Source: Eledone cirrhosa
Taxonomy: Eukaryota
Length of the DNA stretch: 64,000 bases
NCBI GenBank assembly: GCA_964016885.1
Contig: OZ024747.1
Span: 6,758,001-6,822,000, forward strand
Direction of reading: 5' to 3'
Numbering within the stretch: position 1 is the stretch's first letter; each line of letters opens with the position of its first letter. The notes under the pieces were generated by a model, which saw nothing but the letters and a program-made list of their open reading frames with translations, made no database searches and had not been told where the DNA came from. Of this stretch, positions 59,526 to 64,000 are shown one piece after another. A program made the translations under genes and the position numbers.

Positions 59526-60859
59526 TACATCGAGCTAGGTTTTAGTCAACTAACAATGTAGACTATCTCTCTCTCCTCACTCTCTCAAGCAACTACAAAA
59601 AAAAATATATAATTAATTTTTTTTTGTTTTTGTTTTTGTTTTTATTTATAACTCTAAACAGATCAACATTGTTCAAGTTGTTTACCAAATTAATTTTTGT
59701 AAACTTTCAATTAAATAATTTCACAGTTTTGTTTATATTGTTCTATTAATATTTTTACATCTAGTACAATGATGCTACCACATATAGACATACAAATACC
59801 CTGGACCAGGCATGTCAAACATACGGGTTTTTACAGCGCAAGCATGTTTTATCTTTGTAATATAAAATATAAAAAAATTAGTTGTTGTGTGTGGCCCTCG
59901 GGGGGGCCCCCTCAGTTTGACATGCCCTCCAAAGAAAAAACACCTGACTGACCAGCATGAATTCACTTTTATTACTTCAATTACACTCCAACCTCTAGCC
60001 AACTCATTTTACTTCTTCTAAAGCTACCACAGGTGGCTCTGATCCAAAGCTGGCTGGTCTTGTACCATCTTCCCTCCCCTTGTCACCTATGTATTCCAGT
60101 CATGTCAAACACAGCCTGCAAACTACTTTTTTATGGCTTGAAGCGGAAAATTTGTATTCATTTTGATGAAAAGATAAATAATAAATAGCACCCTAGCAAC
60201 TGATTGCAGGTAAACATAATTAGTGAAAATCCTAGCCCCCAGTCTTCCTCTTATTTTTGGCCCACTGGCGCTCTTGAGTTTAATACCCCAAATGTATCCA
60301 CTCCCTCAAGCCCTACACAAACCACTTGAAAATAAGAACATTAACCACATCAATCTCAGTCTTCTGAAGGTTTATGGCATCCGTTGACATCTCTTTTCCA
60401 GAATGTACCATTAAAATAAGTAATATAAGGCTTTGTGACCTAACATCTTTTAGAAATATGATAGGCTAGAGATAGCAACCAAATTTTCCTCAAATCACAC
60501 CCCACTCTTGAATGAGATAGCATTGATATATATGTAGTTCAAGGAGACAACAAACAGGGGGTACAAAAAAAAATCTTAGTTTTATGCTTTATATAGAAAA
60601 GGGGAAAGAAAATTTGATGTGTCAGGCTTTAAGCCCTTCTTCAGTACAAAATTAGAGAATATATATATATATTCATTTTGAACTATATAACAGTGTTCAG
60701 AGTTCCAATCATTAGTCCACTGTATTTATGACAGTGGGGAGTGTCTGTTACTCAATGCAAAACAAATACCTCAAACTATTTTGTTTGTAATGTACCAGTT
60801 TCTTTGCTTTCATATCTATTTAAGGCTGGCTATGGTGTGGCCACACTTAGGGGTTCCAG

Positions 60860-61386
60860 ACTGGTGATGCAAATTCTATCTTGCTCAGAACATTGACCAC
60901 CTGGAAACTGTTCAGAGACGTGCAACCAAGCGAATACCCTCCATCAGGCATCTACCATACTCTGTGGGCATGGATACATTGAAGCTCAGACGCCTGTCAA
61001 CTGACTTGGTAAACACCCACAAAATTGTTAACCATCTTGCCAACAACAACCCTGACTACCTTTTTGATTTCCATGTGTCTAACACACGTGGGCATGCCCA
61101 CAAAGTCAGAAAACAGTACAGTTCCCATGACTTTCGGAAACATTTTTTCACGCTCAGAGTTGCTGAAGCATGGAACAAACTACCTGCATCGGTTGTTAGT
61201 TGTCGAGACACTGCATCCTTTAAGGCCTCCATGCTTCCCGAGATTCGCCAACACTACACCTAATGTTCCCCCTCCATACACGTGTATATCATGACTCATA
61301 CACTATTCACTTCCCTGACATTTGTGTATTATTCTATGTACTATACATGCACCTGAGGACTTTACACAATAATTTCATTATTATTA
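60860..61386 (+). mobile_element. CR1/L2-type LINE 3' fragment
   Basis: LETVQRRATKRIPSIRHLPY, LRRLSTDL, HFFTLRVAEAWNKLP; its 3' UTR recurs inverted at ~25131-25214. Confidence 0.75.
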
Positions 61387-63430
61387 TATCCTTACTGTTT
61401 TAGTTTTCTTTCTCCACCTGAGAAGAAAATTTCAATTTATGAACCTTTTGCATGTGGCATACAGTACATCACCCATAACATTACTTTATACAATTTGAAA
61501 AAGTGTTCCCTGCACGTTAGTGTCAGGGTAAAAGGAAAGTGATTTTATGTGTTTATTATCAAAAATTTATTAAATTAGATTATTTCTTTCAAAATGTAAA
61601 TATTCCATCATTATCATTTCATATAGGTTAAGTGATATGGGAATTTTATTTTATTTTGAGAGAAAAAGTTTTAAGACAAGCATCTTTATCAAACAAACAA
61701 AAAAAAAAAAAATCTAATATAAACAAAGATAGACAGATTTCAGTCATTTTCTTACAACTGAACTTAAAACAATATATTTGTTTTGGTTATTTCTTGCTGG
61801 CTTTCAAAATAAATGGTAATTATTACCAAGCTATAGTTTGCAACCTTAGTCAAAACATTTGAAACAACAAACTGTCAGTGAAGCAAACTCTTTATTCTAT
61901 TTGAATTATGTTCAAATTACCAATGGAATTGAATTTAATATTTTTTCTTAAAATGAAAATTCTATTTGAAGAAAAACAATCTTAGGATATATATTTTAAG
62001 TAGAAAAAAATATTCATTTTAATTATTTTCCTGATAAATACTACACAAATTGTTCCACTATAATAATTTGGTTGATAATGTAGTAATAAAAGTTTACAAT
62101 TTATTCTAATTTTGAAAGTATATATAATATATATATAGGCTAAAAGAAAATACTTCATAGAATTAATAATATATATATATATACAAAATTTGTCTTTTGG
62201 ATTGAGAGGTCTACCAACTTCAGACATAACCTCCCATATATATATATGTGAAGTATTCGCATATATATTAAATGGCTTGGAGCAAAAAAGCCAGCATCAG
62301 AGACTGATGGATAAGAGGTTTTCTCCACACTACAGACATAGACCAAATGCTTTATAACAGTCAATTCCATTAAAAACACACAAGGTCTGGGCAATAGATG
62401 AAGCCTACTATCTAAACAGCTATGATAGAAGACACTTGCTCACTGGGATCAAACAGAAAACCATCTAGTTGCAAAGCAAACTTAACCACATAGCCATGCT
62501 TGTCAGATTAAAAAAAAAATACCACCTGGACAGTCAGTCTAGTTGCCTAACCATACAGCCGTTTCATCATCATCAATTTACATCCAGTCTCCTAGCTAGC
62601 AATATATAACTCTTTTATTGGTTCCAGTAAATATTGATTGGTCATGGGCTGATCACTGTGGAATTATTATTTTCTTTTGTTAAGAATATTTCTATTCTTT
62701 AAATTACTTTATTTTGTGTTTAATGCCATCTATAGACAGGTTAATAATGATTTCTAATTTAGACACAAAGCCATCAATTTGGGGGGTGGGGAAAGCTGAT
62801 TTAAATTGACCCCAGTACTGGTACTTTATTTTATCAACCCTGGAAAGATGAAACGTAAAATTGATCTTGTAATGTAATAGCTGTAACTAAATGACACAAA
62901 GCATTTTACTCGATGCTCTAACGATTCTGCCAATCCACCACCCTAGTTTAGTTAATAAAAATGTGTTGCACTGAGCTGCAAATGAAATTAATAATTCAAG
63001 CTAAATTAAATACTTGAGTGATGTAATTTGCTTCCACTTAAATAAATAGTTTATTTGTCTTAACCATTATTCTATAAGCAGCTCCTTTTGATGCCAAACC
63101 TCTTAAAACCACCTGTGATTCTATGATGCGAAATTGATTAATTCAAAGTGTTTATATTTATCTAAAAACCTTCCATTATAATTTTATGTAAGAACATTTA
63201 AGTTATATTCCAAAAAGGTTTAATAATGAAAAATCTTTCTTTTACTCAATCTTTCCAAATTCTTGGCAACTTTCAAAATTCTTTGAGAATTATAGACAGT
63301 GCTTTTCATTCGAAATACGGTAACAAAAAGCTGAAAAAATATAAGTCGAAACAATTATCATTAAATGTAATTAGATACTCCTTAAATATTATTATTGGTC
63401 TAAATAACAAAAAATTAATAATGATTAAAT

Positions 63431-63648
63431 ATAATTGTTTCTACTTTAGGCACAAGGCCAGCAATTTGAAAGGGAGGGGAAAGTCAATTAAATCAACTCC
63501 AGTGTATTACTGGTACTTTATTTATCGACCCCGTAAGGATGAAAGGCAAAGCTAACCGTGGCAGGATTTGAATTCAGAACATAAAGAGCCCTAACTCTAT
63601 ACCATGAAGCATGTCCAACGCTCTACCGATTCTGCCAATCCACTGCCC
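63431..63648 (-). mobile_element. SINE family 1 copy; another decayed copy at ~62745-62943
   Basis: Same head and core. Confidence 0.75.
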
Positions 63649-64000
63649 TAACCATGATAATATAATGATGATCATATTACTTTCTTACATAGCAAATGAA
63701 GCCTTAGAAGTGGTGACATTCACACATTTCCTTTAGGATGTAAGTAATATAAATTCAAAGATTATACATATCTGGAAATGACAACCTTGTTAAATGCCTG
63801 ATTAGTCAACATCTTGTATTATACCCACCAATGACAATACATGCTAAACAATTATTTATTTCAAAGGAGGGTGGCAAAGAATTCAAATAGTGCACATTAG
63901 AAATGAACATATTACAAGTAATCAGATAGAAATGAAGACAAAAATATATTTAGGACCAGTTTAAGACAATGAGAGAACAAGGCTCTGAGTAATTTCTATT

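Overview
AT-rich, microsatellite- and transposon-dense animal genomic DNA. The repeat landscape suggests an octopod cephalopod, which is an inference. Three spliced genes were reconstructed by hand with GT-AG junctions and consistent phases: (1) an ARHGAP11A-like RhoGAP on the minus strand (10 coding exons, 23239->1441, ~1013 aa); (2) head-to-head with it, ADP-ribosylhydrolase ARH3/ADPRS (7 exons, 28036-48187, ~353 aa); (3) a short CTIF-like MIF4G protein with an N-terminal GR repeat (5 exons, 51753-59525, ~304 aa). Introns carry an ORF-intact RTE LINE, truncated RTE/CR1-L2/CRE fragments, a Tc1/IS630-type remnant, mariner- and piggyBac-type MITEs and two tRNA-headed SINE families. The most unusual part is ARH3 intron 2 and its neighbourhood. 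It holds a (TA)n-embedded nest with a Penelope-like GIY-YIG element, several minimal type-I hammerhead ribozyme motifs with palindromic stem III, fold-back palindromes, and two ~600-bp non-coding terminally redundant elements. A near-perfect 115-bp inverted repeat brackets ARH3 exon 4. All calls come from reading the sequence; no searches or folding programs were run.
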